NCBI GenBank assembly: GCA_964515185.1
Contig: CAZESP010000005.1
Coordinates: 5,787-69,786, forward strand
Direction: 5' to 3'
Source of the DNA: an uncultured Alcaligenaceae bacterium
GTDB taxonomy: Bacteria > Planctomycetota > Planctomycetia > Gemmatales > Gemmataceae
DNA: 64,000 nt
Shown: positions 1 to 9,797 of the stretch, piece after piece
Layout: every line of letters begins with the position of its first letter
Numbering within the stretch: the first letter of the stretch is position 1
Translations under genes and position numbers: made by a program
Notes under the pieces: model-generated
Told to the model about the DNA's origin: nothing
Database searches by the model: none
What the model saw: only the letters and a program-made list of their open reading frames with translations

Positions 1-752
1 ATGGCAAACTGCCGCAGTCCAGGCCACGCGACTTGGCCGGCAATCGCATGAGTTGGACAGTTGTAGTTCTTGACTACGTCGAACAGGGGAACCTGGAACG
101 GTTATACAACAAGAACATCCGTTGGAATACCGGATCGAACGTAGTTACCGGGCGCCAGGCAATCCCGATTTTCATTTGCCCTTCGGTCCCCGACGGCAAC
201 TCCCGACGTGCCGCCGCGGGAACCGGGACGGCTGTCGATGGCAACATCATGGGACCGCTGGACTACATCGTTATGCACCGGCTTCGGCATCGATTCTATA
301 CCGCTAACGGAATCCCAAATCCGTCCGGTACTTCCGACCACGATGGCGCGCTGGCCCAGGACACGGAAACTCCTTTGCTCGGCATCACCGACGGGACGAG
401 CAATACCATCATGGTGATGGAGGACGGTGCCCGCCCGAACTGGTATGTCTTGGGGAAACCCCAGGGTAGTCTACTTCCCCGCCCGGAGGGCTTCGGTTGG
501 ACTGATCCTGACGGCGGGGCTGGATCCATGGACGGAACGAACGGGACGACCGGTGCCATCAACGGCAGTAGTGGAACCGGGCGCTGCATCATGAACTGCA
601 ACAATGACAGCGAGCCTTATAGTTTTCACACGGGCGGCATGAACGCCGGATTGGCCGATGGGTCCGTGCGATTCTTTCGGTCGAGTATCAACCCTGCGAC
701 ATTTGCGGCGCTTCTCACGGCAAAGGCCGGTGATATTGCCCGTGACGAATAA
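1..752 (+). CDS. DUF1559 domain protein (Planctomycete 'H-X9-DG' family), C-terminal part; 5' end lies outside the window
   Basis: Frame is open from position 3 with no upstream stop. The C-terminus has the 'FICPS' and 'HTGGMNAGLADGSVRFF' motifs typical of DUF1559 C-termini. Family assignment is from motif recall, not a search. Confidence 0.6.
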   Translation, partial: GKLPQSRPRDLAGNRMSWTVVVLDYVEQGNLERLYNKNIRWNTGSNVVTGRQAIPIFICPSVPDGNSRRAAAGTGTAVDGNIMGPLDYIVMHRLRHRFYTANGIPNPSGTSDHDGALAQDTETPLLGITDGTSNTIMVMEDGARPNWYVLGKPQGSLLPRPEGFGWTDPDGGAGSMDGTNGTTGAINGSSGTGRCIMNCNNDSEPYSFHTGGMNAGLADGSVRFFRSSINPATFAALLTAKAGDIARDE

Positions 753-890
753 GTTGGAACCCTCAATTCGTCAGCGAGAGACTTGACAGTGGCGCCAACT
801 CGCTCCCGCGGCTCCTCACGGCGGCGGGTTGGTGTGTTCCTTTTTCTGACGAATTATCTCCCGACGACTCCTCCTGTTCAGGACCCTGGC

Positions 891-1310
891 ATGAATTCAG
901 GAACGATGTTCCGAATCAGTCTGACCGCGGTGCTCGCTACTCTGGTCGCGGCGGGTTGCGATTCAGGCCCACGCGCCAAGCCCGATGGTATCGAGGTCAA
1001 GGGCAGAGTTCTTTTGTCGAGTGGCTCTCCGTTGACCGGCGGGACCATTGTCTTGCGGCCGGCTGACGGTATCCATGGCGCATCGGCTCAAGTCCAGAAT
1101 GACGGTTCGTTCCAATTGCTCGATCCCTCGGGTAACAAGTCTGTGGTGCCTGGCAAATATCAGGTCTACGTACTCTTTAATAACCCCGATCACAAAACCC
1201 TCCGTGAAAAAGTGAACCCGCGATATCAGAGTACCGAAGACGGCGACTCCGATATTGTTGTGCACATCCAGCCAGGACAGAATGACTTGGTCATCCGGCT
1301 GAATCGGTAA
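891..1310 (+). CDS. small lipoprotein with carboxypeptidase-regulatory-like beta-sandwich; the usual downstream partner of DUF1559 genes
   Basis: Internal ATG at 891 gives 'MNSGTMFRISLTAVLATLVAAGCDSG', a lipobox-like signal. 'KGRVLLSSGSPLTGGTIVLRP' resembles a CarbopepD_reg-like fold. Gene order after a DUF1559 gene matches the recurrent Planctomycete arrangement. Confidence 0.55.
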   Translation: MNSGTMFRISLTAVLATLVAAGCDSGPRAKPDGIEVKGRVLLSSGSPLTGGTIVLRPADGIHGASAQVQNDGSFQLLDPSGNKSVVPGKYQVYVLFNNPDHKTLREKVNPRYQSTEDGDSDIVVHIQPGQNDLVIRLNR

Positions 1311-1383
1311 CCGATGCTCGCCGCGCGATTGGAGTACGCCGCGCGAGCAAGTGAAGTGATTGTTACTTGCTTGCGCTGCGTGT

Positions 1384-2538
1384 TCAGCTTGCGCTGCGTG
1401 CCATCTTAACCCACGTCCCTTCGTGGGCGCTGCGCAAGATGGCCTCACACAGCACGATTTCCTTGTGCCCGTCGGCGAAGGTCGGGAAGGGCCTCTCGGC
1501 CGAATAATCATCGGCAGCAATATAGTCGTATACCGATTTGAATAATTGCTTGAACGTGTCGGGGAATCCCTCGTTGTGCCCGCCGGGATAATCGGCAAAG
1601 CGACGGGCGTCGGCGCTCAGCAGCGAAGGGTCCCGCAACAACATTTCGTTGGAATTGTCGCGCGAGCCGAGATGCAATTCGTTGGGGCGTTCGCCGTCCC
1701 AGGTCAGTGACCCGTTGCCGGCGGCGATTTCGTAGCGGATGGCGTTCTTGCGTCCGGCGACCATTTGCGACACGGTGAGGTTGCCTCGTGCCCCACCGTG
1801 GAAACGGATTAACACCGAGCCATAGTCTTCGGTGTCGATGGCGACTGGCTCGACAACGCGACAGGTGTTGAGCTTGCCCGAAAAAGTCTCAACCCCACCC
1901 GCAGGCCTCATTCGCGTCGGCAAGAACGTCGCCAGATCGGCGCAGACGGCTTCGACCTCCAGCCCCGTGATCCACGTCACGAGGTCGAGCCAGTGGGTGC
2001 CGATGTCGGCAACGGCACGCAACGCGCCGCCCTGACCGGCCAAAACCCGCCAGTTGAAGTCGGTCTCTTTGAGAAGCCAATCTTGGAAGTAGCTGCCCGT
2101 GACGTGACGCACCGGGCCGAGGTTGGCGAGGCGCCCTTTCGCTTCACGGTTGAGCGGGTAGTAGCGGATGTTGTAACAGACGGCCGCCGCCACGGGTAAC
2201 GGCGCCGCCAGCCGCACCAACTCCGCGGACTCAGCCGCGGTCATCGCCAGCGGCTTCTCGCAAACGACGTGCTTGCCGGCTTCGAGAACCCGTTTTGCGT
2301 GCTCAAAATGGTGCTGGTTGGGCGACGTGATATGCACAACGGCGACAGCCGGATCGGCAAGCAACTCGTCGAGCGATTCGTAGCCGCGAGGCAGTCCGAG
2401 GCGGGCGGCAGCGGCCTGGCTCTTGTCCGGGGTCGAACCGAGAATGCCCGCGACCGGCACGCCCAGTCGCCGCAACGCTTCGACATGCACCGGGCCGATA
2501 AAGCCCGTGCCAATAACCGCCGTGGTCGGACGACTCAT
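1384..2538 (-). CDS. Gfo/Idh/MocA family NAD(P)-dependent oxidoreductase
   Basis: N-terminal Rossmann motif '[16 protein letters not shown]', 'EKPLAMT' and a C-terminal alpha/beta domain typical of the family. Length 384 aa. Confidence 0.8.
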   Translation of the reverse strand: MSRPTTAVIGTGFIGPVHVEALRRLGVPVAGILGSTPDKSQAAAARLGLPRGYESLDELLADPAVAVVHITSPNQHHFEHAKRVLEAGKHVVCEKPLAMTAAESAELVRLAAPLPVAAAVCYNIRYYPLNREAKGRLANLGPVRHVTGSYFQDWLLKETDFNWRVLAGQGGALRAVADIGTHWLDLVTWITGLEVEAVCADLATFLPTRMRPAGGVETFSGKLNTCRVVEPVAIDTEDYGSVLIRFHGGARGNLTVSQMVAGRKNAIRYEIAAGNGSLTWDGERPNELHLGSRDNSNEMLLRDPSLLSADARRFADYPGGHNEGFPDTFKQLFKSVYDYIAADDYSAERPFPTFADGHKEIVLCEAILRSAHEGTWVKMARSAS

Positions 2539-4037
2539 GCCAACTCCTCAGCAATCGACTGTCTGGCGTGGATCAGAAGGATGACGTACTTGATGAAGAC
2601 GACAACGCTGTAAATGGCAATCACCGCCATGATGATGCAGCCAAACGCGGCGAACAACATGGCTCCGCCAACGGCGCCGGACATATCGGGAGGTTGAGCG
2701 CTCTTGGATGATCCCGCCATCGACGCGGCCATGCCCGCTCCGGCGATGAGAGTCATGATGAAACCGCAGCCACACGACAAGAGAATGGCGAGGATTAGCC
2801 CGGCATAGAGCTTGATGACCAGATAAGCTTCTTCAGCGAGATGGCGGTCGCGAAGCGCCTCGCCGACCGACTTCAGGAAGAACAGGAAGCCAAAAAACTT
2901 GCACAATTCCAGGCCGTTGGCGATCAACGCGACGACGGGATGGCTGATGGCGAAGTTGACGCCGAACAGAGATATCGAAAGCAGGCCGAGCACTAAGGTG
3001 ATGATGGCCCAAGTCTGAGCGTTATTCTTGGCGGGGGCCGTCACACACAAGCCATTGCCGATGAGTGCGAGGACGCCTTGAAGTGCGATCAGGCCCAAGC
3101 CGATCACCACGACCCCGCCGCCACCGATGGCTCCGCTCATCGATTGCATCGACGCCGCACCGCCGGCGAACATGCCCCCGAGGATGATTAGAGCGCCACC
3201 GAGAATGGCAACCAAAACCCCGATCAGTACCATCGTCACGCCCCAGAGCACCATTCCCCATCGTTTGCGGGCGGCTTCACGGCGTGAATACCGATCGTCG
3301 TAATCGTCTTCGTAGGGTTCTTCGTCATCGGGTTCAAATGCGCGGTCACGCCGGCGCCGGCGTGGGCGGTCAGCCTCTTCGTCGTCCGCCCGGCGCGAGG
3401 CGGGGTGTTTGCGGCCGGGTTCAACGACCTCGAATTTCGGCTCAGCGGGCGGGCGGGTTTTGGGTGTCGCGCGAATGGAACCGGCGGGGGGGCGGGCCGC
3501 AGGGGTTCGGGGCGGGGCGGCCGATGGCTTGGGAGGGGGGGCCGGCGGCGCCACAAACTCAAAGTCGGCGTCAGCGCTCTCATCCGGAGCGGGGCCGTGG
3601 GACGGAGGATCATCCTGCAAGCGGATTTCATCAAAGCCGCCCGATGCCGGAGGGGGCTTGGGTGGCGACTTCGGCGGCGCAGGCGGGGGGATCGATTTGA
3701 CGGCGGGCGTCGGTTTGATCGGAACCGCACGAGGCTTCGGCGGCGGGACCGATGCGGGCGTCCGAAACTCCAAATTCAGGTCAGGCCCCGCAATCGCGCC
3801 TAGGTCATCGACCTCGAAGCCCTCTTCGATGATGTCGTCGCCCGATCCGGTGTTCGGCCCGTCGTCAACAATCTCGAACCCGACCAGATGACCATCAGGG
3901 CCGATTCCGATCGTAAATGGAGTCTGGCATTTCGGACAGCGCAGTCGGCGGCCCGCCTCCGGATTCGCCACCCCCAGCTTCCGCGAGCAATTCGGGCATC
4001 GCATCATTCGCGCCATGATTATCCTCGGTCCTGCCAC
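2535..4037 (-). CDS. membrane protein with N-terminal zinc ribbon, Pro-rich linker and multi-TM C-terminal domain
   Basis: 'RCPNCSRKL...RCPKCQTPF' is a CxxC...CxxC zinc ribbon. A long P/A-rich low-complexity segment is followed by about 6 hydrophobic helices. The stop overlaps the downstream oxidoreductase start by 4 nt. Confidence 0.6.
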   Translation of the reverse strand: MAGPRIIMARMMRCPNCSRKLGVANPEAGRRLRCPKCQTPFTIGIGPDGHLVGFEIVDDGPNTGSGDDIIEEGFEVDDLGAIAGPDLNLEFRTPASVPPPKPRAVPIKPTPAVKSIPPPAPPKSPPKPPPASGGFDEIRLQDDPPSHGPAPDESADADFEFVAPPAPPPKPSAAPPRTPAARPPAGSIRATPKTRPPAEPKFEVVEPGRKHPASRRADDEEADRPRRRRRDRAFEPDDEEPYEDDYDDRYSRREAARKRWGMVLWGVTMVLIGVLVAILGGALIILGGMFAGGAASMQSMSGAIGGGGVVVIGLGLIALQGVLALIGNGLCVTAPAKNNAQTWAIITLVLGLLSISLFGVNFAISHPVVALIANGLELCKFFGFLFFLKSVGEALRDRHLAEEAYLVIKLYAGLILAILLSCGCGFIMTLIAGAGMAASMAGSSKSAQPPDMSGAVGGAMLFAAFGCIIMAVIAIYSVVVFIKYVILLIHARQSIAEELA

Positions 4038-4133
4038 GGCAAGCGACGCTTCGACGAAGCGCGGAGTTCGTTGCGCTGCTGCGAAGCGTCGCTTATCGGT
4101 TATGGTGCGTCGCTTATCGGTTTCGTCGTGTCG

Positions 4134-5429
4134 TTAACCTCGACGTAATATCTTCGTCAGGGCACCGTGTAATATTTCTTCACTTTCGGGCGCCGACAAG
4201 GCAACTGTTGGCTCGTAGCCGCCTTCCCAATACCCAATCTTGGTCGGCAGGTATCCCGGTCCGTCATCGCCATAACCCGCGACACATACGAAATCGTCCT
4301 TGCGCAACCCCTGGGCTTTCAGTTGATACTCGATAAATGGTTCGCCCGGAAGGTGCAGCACACAGGCAGGTCCAAAATCGAGACAGGTCAGGTCGATCGG
4401 TATGTGGTTACGTTGAAGCCACGCAACGTGGAGGGCGGAGTTGATCCGTTTGGCCTTGGTTGCCTTAATATCGGCCATGGCCTTGCGACTTTCGGGTTCG
4501 CCAAAAACAGCCTCGGTCCGCGGCGGCAACCGGACCGGTAGGATCCGCCACTGAAACTCCTCGACGGCGTGTCGTTTTGTCGCCTGCCATGCCGACGTCA
4601 TCCCAGCATAAATGCGGTCACGCAAAATACCCCGGTTTTCCTTCGATCCATCGTTGTATTTGCCTGCGGTCACATTGCCTGCACAGCCGGTGAAATAGAC
4701 CTGGAACACCTTCGGGTCATCCTGATGGCGTTTCTCACGGGCCAAGCCGCAGAAATCCGCCGACACGCGACCATCGCCATAGTAACTCATCGGGTGCGTG
4801 GCGTAGTAGTGAAGCGCGGCCAGGGGCGCTTCGCCGTTCCAAAAGCTGAGGGTCCGCAAAATCGGATCAATCAACCCTTCCGGTTCATTCCTCACCTTCG
4901 GATCTTTGGTGGCGCTCGTTCGGGTGAATTTGACCTTTCCGTCCGGCCCAAGAATCCGGCGGTTCGAGGCGACTTGGTCGATTTTCGCTTGGCCAAGGCC
5001 GATGTGGGTAAAGCGATGGGTTCGGGCGAGGCTCCGGCGCAATGCCTCAGCGGTGGTTTGGACGGTTTTTTCGAAGAACTTGAGGTCGAGATGTAGCGGC
5101 GCACCCGGTATGGTATCCAATAGCTTTTGGGCGCCCACATCGACAAACGGGGCGTTGTGGGGATGGATACACTGAAGGGCGACGTTGGCGGGCACGGTAT
5201 GAGCGGCCTCGGCCAACGCCTTGCGCCAAATGAGGTAGGCTTCATTGCGAAGCCCGCACCAATCGACCGACGCCAGCACCACCGGGGCGCCCATGCCCAG
5301 TAACACGACGCCCTTGATGAATAAGGGGTCGTCGTAACCGCGGACCGGCTCGATCCACCCGCCGCACAGGGGATGACCCAACGGCGGCGAAACGTCGGCA
5401 GAAAAGCTGGCCAAGTGTAACGCGGGCAT
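4134..5429 (-). CDS. hypothetical protein, 431 aa; possible neutral-ceramidase-like hydrolase fold (weak)
   Basis: Long ORF with coding-like composition. The N-terminal pattern 'G..L.G.......G..D.L..KG.VL.....VVL.SVD' loosely resembles ceramidase-like hydrolases. No confident family. Confidence 0.45.
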   Translation of the reverse strand: MPALHLASFSADVSPPLGHPLCGGWIEPVRGYDDPLFIKGVVLLGMGAPVVLASVDWCGLRNEAYLIWRKALAEAAHTVPANVALQCIHPHNAPFVDVGAQKLLDTIPGAPLHLDLKFFEKTVQTTAEALRRSLARTHRFTHIGLGQAKIDQVASNRRILGPDGKVKFTRTSATKDPKVRNEPEGLIDPILRTLSFWNGEAPLAALHYYATHPMSYYGDGRVSADFCGLAREKRHQDDPKVFQVYFTGCAGNVTAGKYNDGSKENRGILRDRIYAGMTSAWQATKRHAVEEFQWRILPVRLPPRTEAVFGEPESRKAMADIKATKAKRINSALHVAWLQRNHIPIDLTCLDFGPACVLHLPGEPFIEYQLKAQGLRKDDFVCVAGYGDDGPGYLPTKIGYWEGGYEPTVALSAPESEEILHGALTKILRRG

Positions 5430-5504
5430 GCGACCTCCCGTCGGTGTCGGGGTTAACTTGAAGCAGGGAGCGCCGCTCCCAACTTACTGGCGAGGAACCG
5501 TACT

Positions 5505-6611
5505 ATGCCCCATCTTATCCGATCGTCGAGCTTTTTGGCTCTCGCGGGGCTTTTCGCGTTGGCCACCGCGGTACACGCTCAGACCGGAGCGTTTGGGGCC
5601 GGCGGCGGAGGTGGCGGCGGAGGGTCGGGGTTTGGCGGAGGAGGATCGGGCTTCGGCGGCGGTGGGTCGGGAGCTACCGGCGGATCGGGTAGTGGCGGCA
5701 CGGGGTTTGCCGGTTCGCCGTTGACTGGCGACACGCCCCTGACTTCGGGCGGCAATCTCACGACTGGAAGCGGAAACAGCTCGCTCAATCAGACCAATCT
5801 CTTCCGAGGTTACTACTCCAACCCGATGTCAGCGGGCTTGGCGAGCATATCCAGTTCCGGCAATCGCGGCGGCACGAGTTCCGGCGGCGGCTTCGGACAA
5901 CCGACCTTCGGCACCAGCGCGGGAGGCACTTCCGGTGGCGGATTCGGCTTCGGCGGCGGAAGCAGCTTTGGAGGCGGAACGTCGCGAACGACGGGATTTG
6001 GCGGCACCAATACAGGAACTCGCACCGGGGGGATGACCGGCGGCGCGAGTTTCGGCGGCGGCCGGACGACCACCGGCGGCACTTTTGGCGGGGGCGGCGG
6101 CACCTTTGGCGGAGGAGGCGGCACTTTTGGCGGGGGCGGCGGCACCTTTGGCGGAGGAGGCGGCACCTTTGGCGGCGGGCGCACAGGTGGCGGTACGTTC
6201 GGTGGTGGCGGCGGCACGTTCGGCGGGGGTGGGTTTACGGGAACCGCATCGGTCACCGGAGGGCGTGGTACGGGTTTCGGCGGCGGCGGGGCGTTCGGCG
6301 GTGCCGGCGGCAGCAACAGTGGCGCTGCCGGGTCGCGAATGGCCATGGTGGCCTTGTCCGTCAAGTCGCCCGTCCCGAGGACGATCACCGCTCCTGAGCT
6401 TCAGGCCGATCTGCGCGGGATGATTGCCCAGTCGGATCGCTTGGTTTCACGCGACAAGATTCAGCTCAGTGTCAAGGGTCGCGATGTCGTCTTAACCGGC
6501 ATGGTTCGCGACGATGATGAGCGGCGACTCGTGGAGGCGATGCTGAGGCTGACGCCCGGCATTGGGCAGATTTCAAACAACCTTCAGGTCGAGCCGCCTC
6601 CCAAGCCGTGA
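5505..6611 (+). CDS. secreted glycine-rich repeat protein with C-terminal BON domain
   Basis: Signal peptide 'MPHLIRSSSFLALAGLFALATAVHAQ'. About 250 aa of GGGxFGGGG repeats. C-terminal 'LQADLRGMIAQSDRLVSRDKIQLSVKGRDVVLTGMVRDDDERRLVEAMLRLTPGIGQISNNLQV' matches the BON domain pattern. Confidence 0.7.
   Translation: MPHLIRSSSFLALAGLFALATAVHAQTGAFGAGGGGGGGGSGFGGGGSGFGGGGSGATGGSGSGGTGFAGSPLTGDTPLTSGGNLTTGSGNSSLNQTNLFRGYYSNPMSAGLASISSSGNRGGTSSGGGFGQPTFGTSAGGTSGGGFGFGGGSSFGGGTSRTTGFGGTNTGTRTGGMTGGASFGGGRTTTGGTFGGGGGTFGGGGGTFGGGGGTFGGGGGTFGGGRTGGGTFGGGGGTFGGGGFTGTASVTGGRGTGFGGGGAFGGAGGSNSGAAGSRMAMVALSVKSPVPRTITAPELQADLRGMIAQSDRLVSRDKIQLSVKGRDVVLTGMVRDDDERRLVEAMLRLTPGIGQISNNLQVEPPPKP
6070..6240. repeat. 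coding tandem repeat of a 15-nt period (GGTFG), including a perfect 45-nt tandem duplication at about 6076-6165
   Basis: 'ggcggcacttttggcgggggcggcggcacctttggcggaggaggc' occurs twice back to back. It lies within the glycine-rich protein gene. Confidence 0.8.
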
Positions 6612-6793
6612 TCCGTTCGCGAGATCATTGTTAGTCCCCCCCGTGCCCAGGTCGTTAAGACCGCCGAGCGGCCGAACTCCAATTCGTGCCGCGCGGTCTA
6701 TTTTGGTGATGGACTCCTGCCGCCGAACTCCTTATTCTCACTATCGACGATTCTTCGCCCCGTTCCCCTTCAACCTTCGATCACTAAACGCAT

Positions 6794-7702
6794 ATGAAAC
6801 TTGGATTCGTCAGCGCGATATTGGGCGACTTGACACTGGAAGAAGTGCTTGCCTATGCGGGCGACGAGGGCTTTGAGTGCGTCGAGTTGATGTGTTGGCC
6901 GCCCGGGACTTCCGACCGGCGTTACGCGGGCGTTTGTCACGTCGATGTGACGCAGTTCGACGACGGTCAAGCCCATCGGGTGAAGGAATTGACGCATATC
7001 CACGGTGTTTCGATATCGGGGTTGGGCTATTATCCGAATCCGCTCGATAGCGATCCGGCTCATCGTGCGATGGTTGTCGGGCACCTTCGCAAGGTGATGG
7101 CCGCCGCCGCCAAACTTGGTGTTGGGGTTGTGAACACCTTCATCGGCCGCGACTCCACGAAGAGTGTGGATGCCAATTGGCCATTGTTCCAGCAGGTTTG
7201 GCCGCCGTTGGTTCGCGAGGCTGAGTCCCTGGGAATCAAGATCGGGCTAGAGAATTGCCCGATGCTCTTCACTGAAGACGAGTGGCCTGGCGGAAAGAAC
7301 CTTGCCACAACGCCGGCCCTCTGGCAACGCATCTTCGCCGACTTGAAAAGCTCAAGCGTCGGCTTGAATTTTGACCCCTCGCACTTGATCTGGCAACGGA
7401 TTGACCCAGCTCGTTGCATCCGCGACTTCGGCTCGCGCATTGTCCACGTCCACGCCAAGGACACCCGCATCGACGCCGACAAACTCTACGCGGTCGGCGG
7501 TCAGGGACTGGGATGGCACACCGCCAAGATTCCGGGATTGGGCGATGTCAACTGGGGGGCGTTCTTCAGTGCCCTGACAGATGCCCAATACACTGGCCCT
7601 GTTTGCATCGAGGTCGAGGACCGAGCCTTTGAAGGTTCGCTGGCCGATCGCAAGCGGTCGCTCAGGCAGAGCAAGCGATTTCTCGAGCAATACATCGTCT
7701 AG
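6794..7702 (+). CDS. sugar phosphate isomerase/epimerase (xylose isomerase-like TIM barrel)
   Basis: '[32 protein letters not shown]', '[10 protein letters not shown]' and a conserved His/Asp/Glu metal-ligand pattern. 302 aa. Confidence 0.75.
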   Translation: MKLGFVSAILGDLTLEEVLAYAGDEGFECVELMCWPPGTSDRRYAGVCHVDVTQFDDGQAHRVKELTHIHGVSISGLGYYPNPLDSDPAHRAMVVGHLRKVMAAAAKLGVGVVNTFIGRDSTKSVDANWPLFQQVWPPLVREAESLGIKIGLENCPMLFTEDEWPGGKNLATTPALWQRIFADLKSSSVGLNFDPSHLIWQRIDPARCIRDFGSRIVHVHAKDTRIDADKLYAVGGQGLGWHTAKIPGLGDVNWGAFFSALTDAQYTGPVCIEVEDRAFEGSLADRKRSLRQSKRFLEQYIV

Positions 7703-7823
7703 TCATGGTCAATTGACGTTATGCCGATCCCTACACGGTTACTGAAAAATCGATGTTGAAGTCGGCGCGCTTCTGCGAGAATGGTCGCGACACCGAGTTG
7801 TCGGACGATACCTAGAGGTACGC

Positions 7824-8792
7824 ATGTCGTTCATTAATGATCTCATCAAATTGAAGCGAACCACGAAGAAAGCAAGCACCGCGATCAAGGGGTTTGCCTT
7901 CAACAACGCGCCGTTCAATCCGAACATTCATGTCAATGGGCATGACTATGACATCGTGAGTTATGCCAACGATTGCCTGGGGACATACACCGAGGAAAGC
8001 GGCAAGGAAGCGAAGATTACGGGCACGAAAACGATTGTGAAACCGACGGCCTATCTCCTGCCATGGAAGAGCGATCACATTTGCATTTGCACCATTGGCC
8101 AGGGACCGACCGTGTTTTTGACCTATCGCATGAATAGCTGCGCGGTGTTCATTTCCGGTGACGACCAAGGTCCAACAGTGGTTCACGCCAACACGGGCAA
8201 CATTGTCCCGACCTTGGACAAGAACAACTTGATCAATCAGTTCAGTACGATTTACAACGCCATGGCTCAGGAGTTGGTGAACCAGAACTTGATCGACGAC
8301 GACAATCTCACCATCTTTCAGCCGGGGGACTACGAAGGGTTCGGCGGCGTGTTTGGCATTTGCCGCGGCACGGCATGGAAGTTTTATGGCCATTCGCACA
8401 TCAATTCGACTCAGGCACGAACCTGGCAAATCTGGCCCGATGAAGCCGAGATTCCCAAGAGCGGTTGTTGCTATATCACGACGGCCGTTTGCAAAGGGAT
8501 GGGCCTTGCTGACGACTGCGACGAGCTTCAGACGCTGCGATGGTTCCGCGACGAAGTCATGAGCCGAACCGCTCAAGGCCGCGCTGAGGTCGCCGAGTAT
8601 TACAAGACCGCACCGGCGATCGTCGCCGCTCTCGCTGTCAACGCGGACGCCGGCAGAATCTACCGCGAGCTTTATTCACGTTTCATCCGCCCCGCAGTGA
8701 TGAGCATCAAACAAGGACGCCTGCGCGAGGCTCACGCTCAATACCGCGAAATGGTGCGCGCGTTGGCGGCATTCGTGGAGCGCGGTCACTAG
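7824..8792 (+). CDS. hypothetical protein with a conserved Cys-rich C-terminal module ('CCYITTAVCKGMGLADDCDELQTLRWFRDEVM...')
   Basis: GC is lower than in the flanking sequence. There is no signal peptide. The C-terminal 100 aa match a recurring C[FY]ITTA..C....DxCxEL..LRxFRD..L module that I recall at the C-termini of diverse bacterial proteins. The N-terminal 220 aa have no recognised family. Confidence 0.55.
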   Translation: MSFINDLIKLKRTTKKASTAIKGFAFNNAPFNPNIHVNGHDYDIVSYANDCLGTYTEESGKEAKITGTKTIVKPTAYLLPWKSDHICICTIGQGPTVFLTYRMNSCAVFISGDDQGPTVVHANTGNIVPTLDKNNLINQFSTIYNAMAQELVNQNLIDDDNLTIFQPGDYEGFGGVFGICRGTAWKFYGHSHINSTQARTWQIWPDEAEIPKSGCCYITTAVCKGMGLADDCDELQTLRWFRDEVMSRTAQGRAEVAEYYKTAPAIVAALAVNADAGRIYRELYSRFIRPAVMSIKQGRLREAHAQYREMVRALAAFVERGH

Positions 8793-8845
8793 AAAACCGT
8801 GCCATCAGCTGAGGACCGTCAAGATTCGCCTTGGATGCGCCACTT

Positions 8846-9187
8846 TCACGTCTGCGGGCGGTTGACTCGCACGATTTGGCCGCGCAAGTCAGCGCAGGCG
8901 TCGATTGCTTGATGGATGCGCGACGCCTGACCGATGAAGTCAACGTCAACCGTGCAAACAATGATCCCAGCATGTTTGGGCTGTTGGCGATGCAATCGAA
9001 TAAAATCTTTTCAATTCAGCGTCAACACGGCACGATCTTCCGAAGTTGCTAGAGCAAGGACATCAGCGTCGGAGATCGCTTCATTGGCCTTACTGCGTTC
9101 GTGAATGGTCGTGACATCATGGCCGAGTCGCCGCAGTTCTTCGACAACGGGAAAGGGAAAATTCTCGTTGGAATAGAGGCGGGCCAC
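8846..9187 (-). pseudogene. DUF5615 (Mut7-C/PIN-like) toxin-antitoxin-partner gene interrupted by an in-frame TGA at about 9011-9013
   Basis: Hand translation from a GTG that overlaps the DUF433 stop gives 'MARLYSNENFPFPVVEELRRLGHDVTTIHERSKANEAISDADVLALATSEDRAVLTLN*KDFIRLHRQQPKHAGIIVCTVDVDF...'. Both halves match DUF5615 in one frame. No ORF of 60 aa or more is reported here, consistent with disruption. Confidence 0.55.
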
Positions 9188-9189
9188 AT

Positions 9190-9558
9190 CTACTCCTTTT
9201 CGTTCTCCATGATCGCTTTTTCGATCTCTTCATGATGGTCACGGGCATAGGCCCAAGCCTCAACGAGATCGATCGCGAGTAACGTCGGGAAACTGCGAAG
9301 AATGTCGATCTCCGACGCGCCCTGCTGCCGCATCCGCTCGAGAACCCACACCGGGATCCGCGTTCGAACCAACCTGGCCTCCCCACCGCAAACGCCAGGG
9401 GTGGTGACAATCGAGGGGTAGCCCGATCTTGCGCGCGAATCCGGCGAGATAGGTGCCGCTAGGACAGAACGCCAAATACCAACGGATGCGAAAAACCACG
9501 GTCTTTCGGCTTCAGACCCGACGACAAACTCGTGGAACGGACTTGCCGGATGTTCCAT
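9190..9558 (-). CDS. DUF433 domain protein (antitoxin-like partner of DUF5615)
   Basis: 'PSIVTTPGVCGGEARLVRTRIPVWVLERMRQQGASEIDILRSFPTLLAIDLVEAWAYA' fits the DUF433 consensus (CGG...R.TRIPV...L..G.S.EEIL..YP.L...D..AAL.YA). The exact start is uncertain and the ORF extends upstream to 9618. Confidence 0.65.
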   Translation of the reverse strand: MEHPASPFHEFVVGSEAERPWFFASVGIWRSVLAAPISPDSRARSGYPSIVTTPGVCGGEARLVRTRIPVWVLERMRQQGASEIDILRSFPTLLAIDLVEAWAYARDHHEEIEKAIMENEKE

Positions 9559-9797
9559 ATCACGTTCACCTCGCGCCCTGCCAACGATACTCTCCGATGG
9601 CTGGGAGAGTCGGCTCATTTTGCCGATCCGCCAACACTGGAGCTACCTATGACGGCACAGTACATTCTAACCAAAAATGGTTGTGAATTGCATTCGAGCC
9701 GCCGACAATGTTGGAGAGATCGCGTTTTCTCTGATTGGGTGAGCCATGTACTCGATGGCTCAGCCTTTTTCATGACTTGAGTCGGGAGAGACGAAGA

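Noticed and set aside
3236-3891. Multiple overlapping ORFs on both strands inside 2535..4037
   Set aside because: They are high-GC, Arg/Gly/Pro-rich shadow frames within the Pro-rich linker of the zinc-ribbon membrane protein.
6070-6240. Possible CRISPR or non-coding tandem repeat
   Set aside because: The period is 15 nt with no spacer-like unique segments. It is in-frame coding for GGTFG repeats.
5579-6388. Pro-rich minus-strand ORFs (5579..5788, 5813..6388)
   Set aside because: They are the antisense mirror of the Gly-rich repeat gene (GGN codons read as NCC = Pro). There is no independent support.
9011-9013. TGA in the DUF5615 frame as selenocysteine or programmed readthrough
   Set aside because: No basis for a SECIS element or recoding context could be assessed. 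The family has no known selenoproteins. A pseudogene or a base-call error is more parsimonious.
8831-9052. Plus-strand 73-aa ORF
   Set aside because: It lies antisense to the DUF5615 remnant, which has clear family similarity in the other strand. It is likely spurious.
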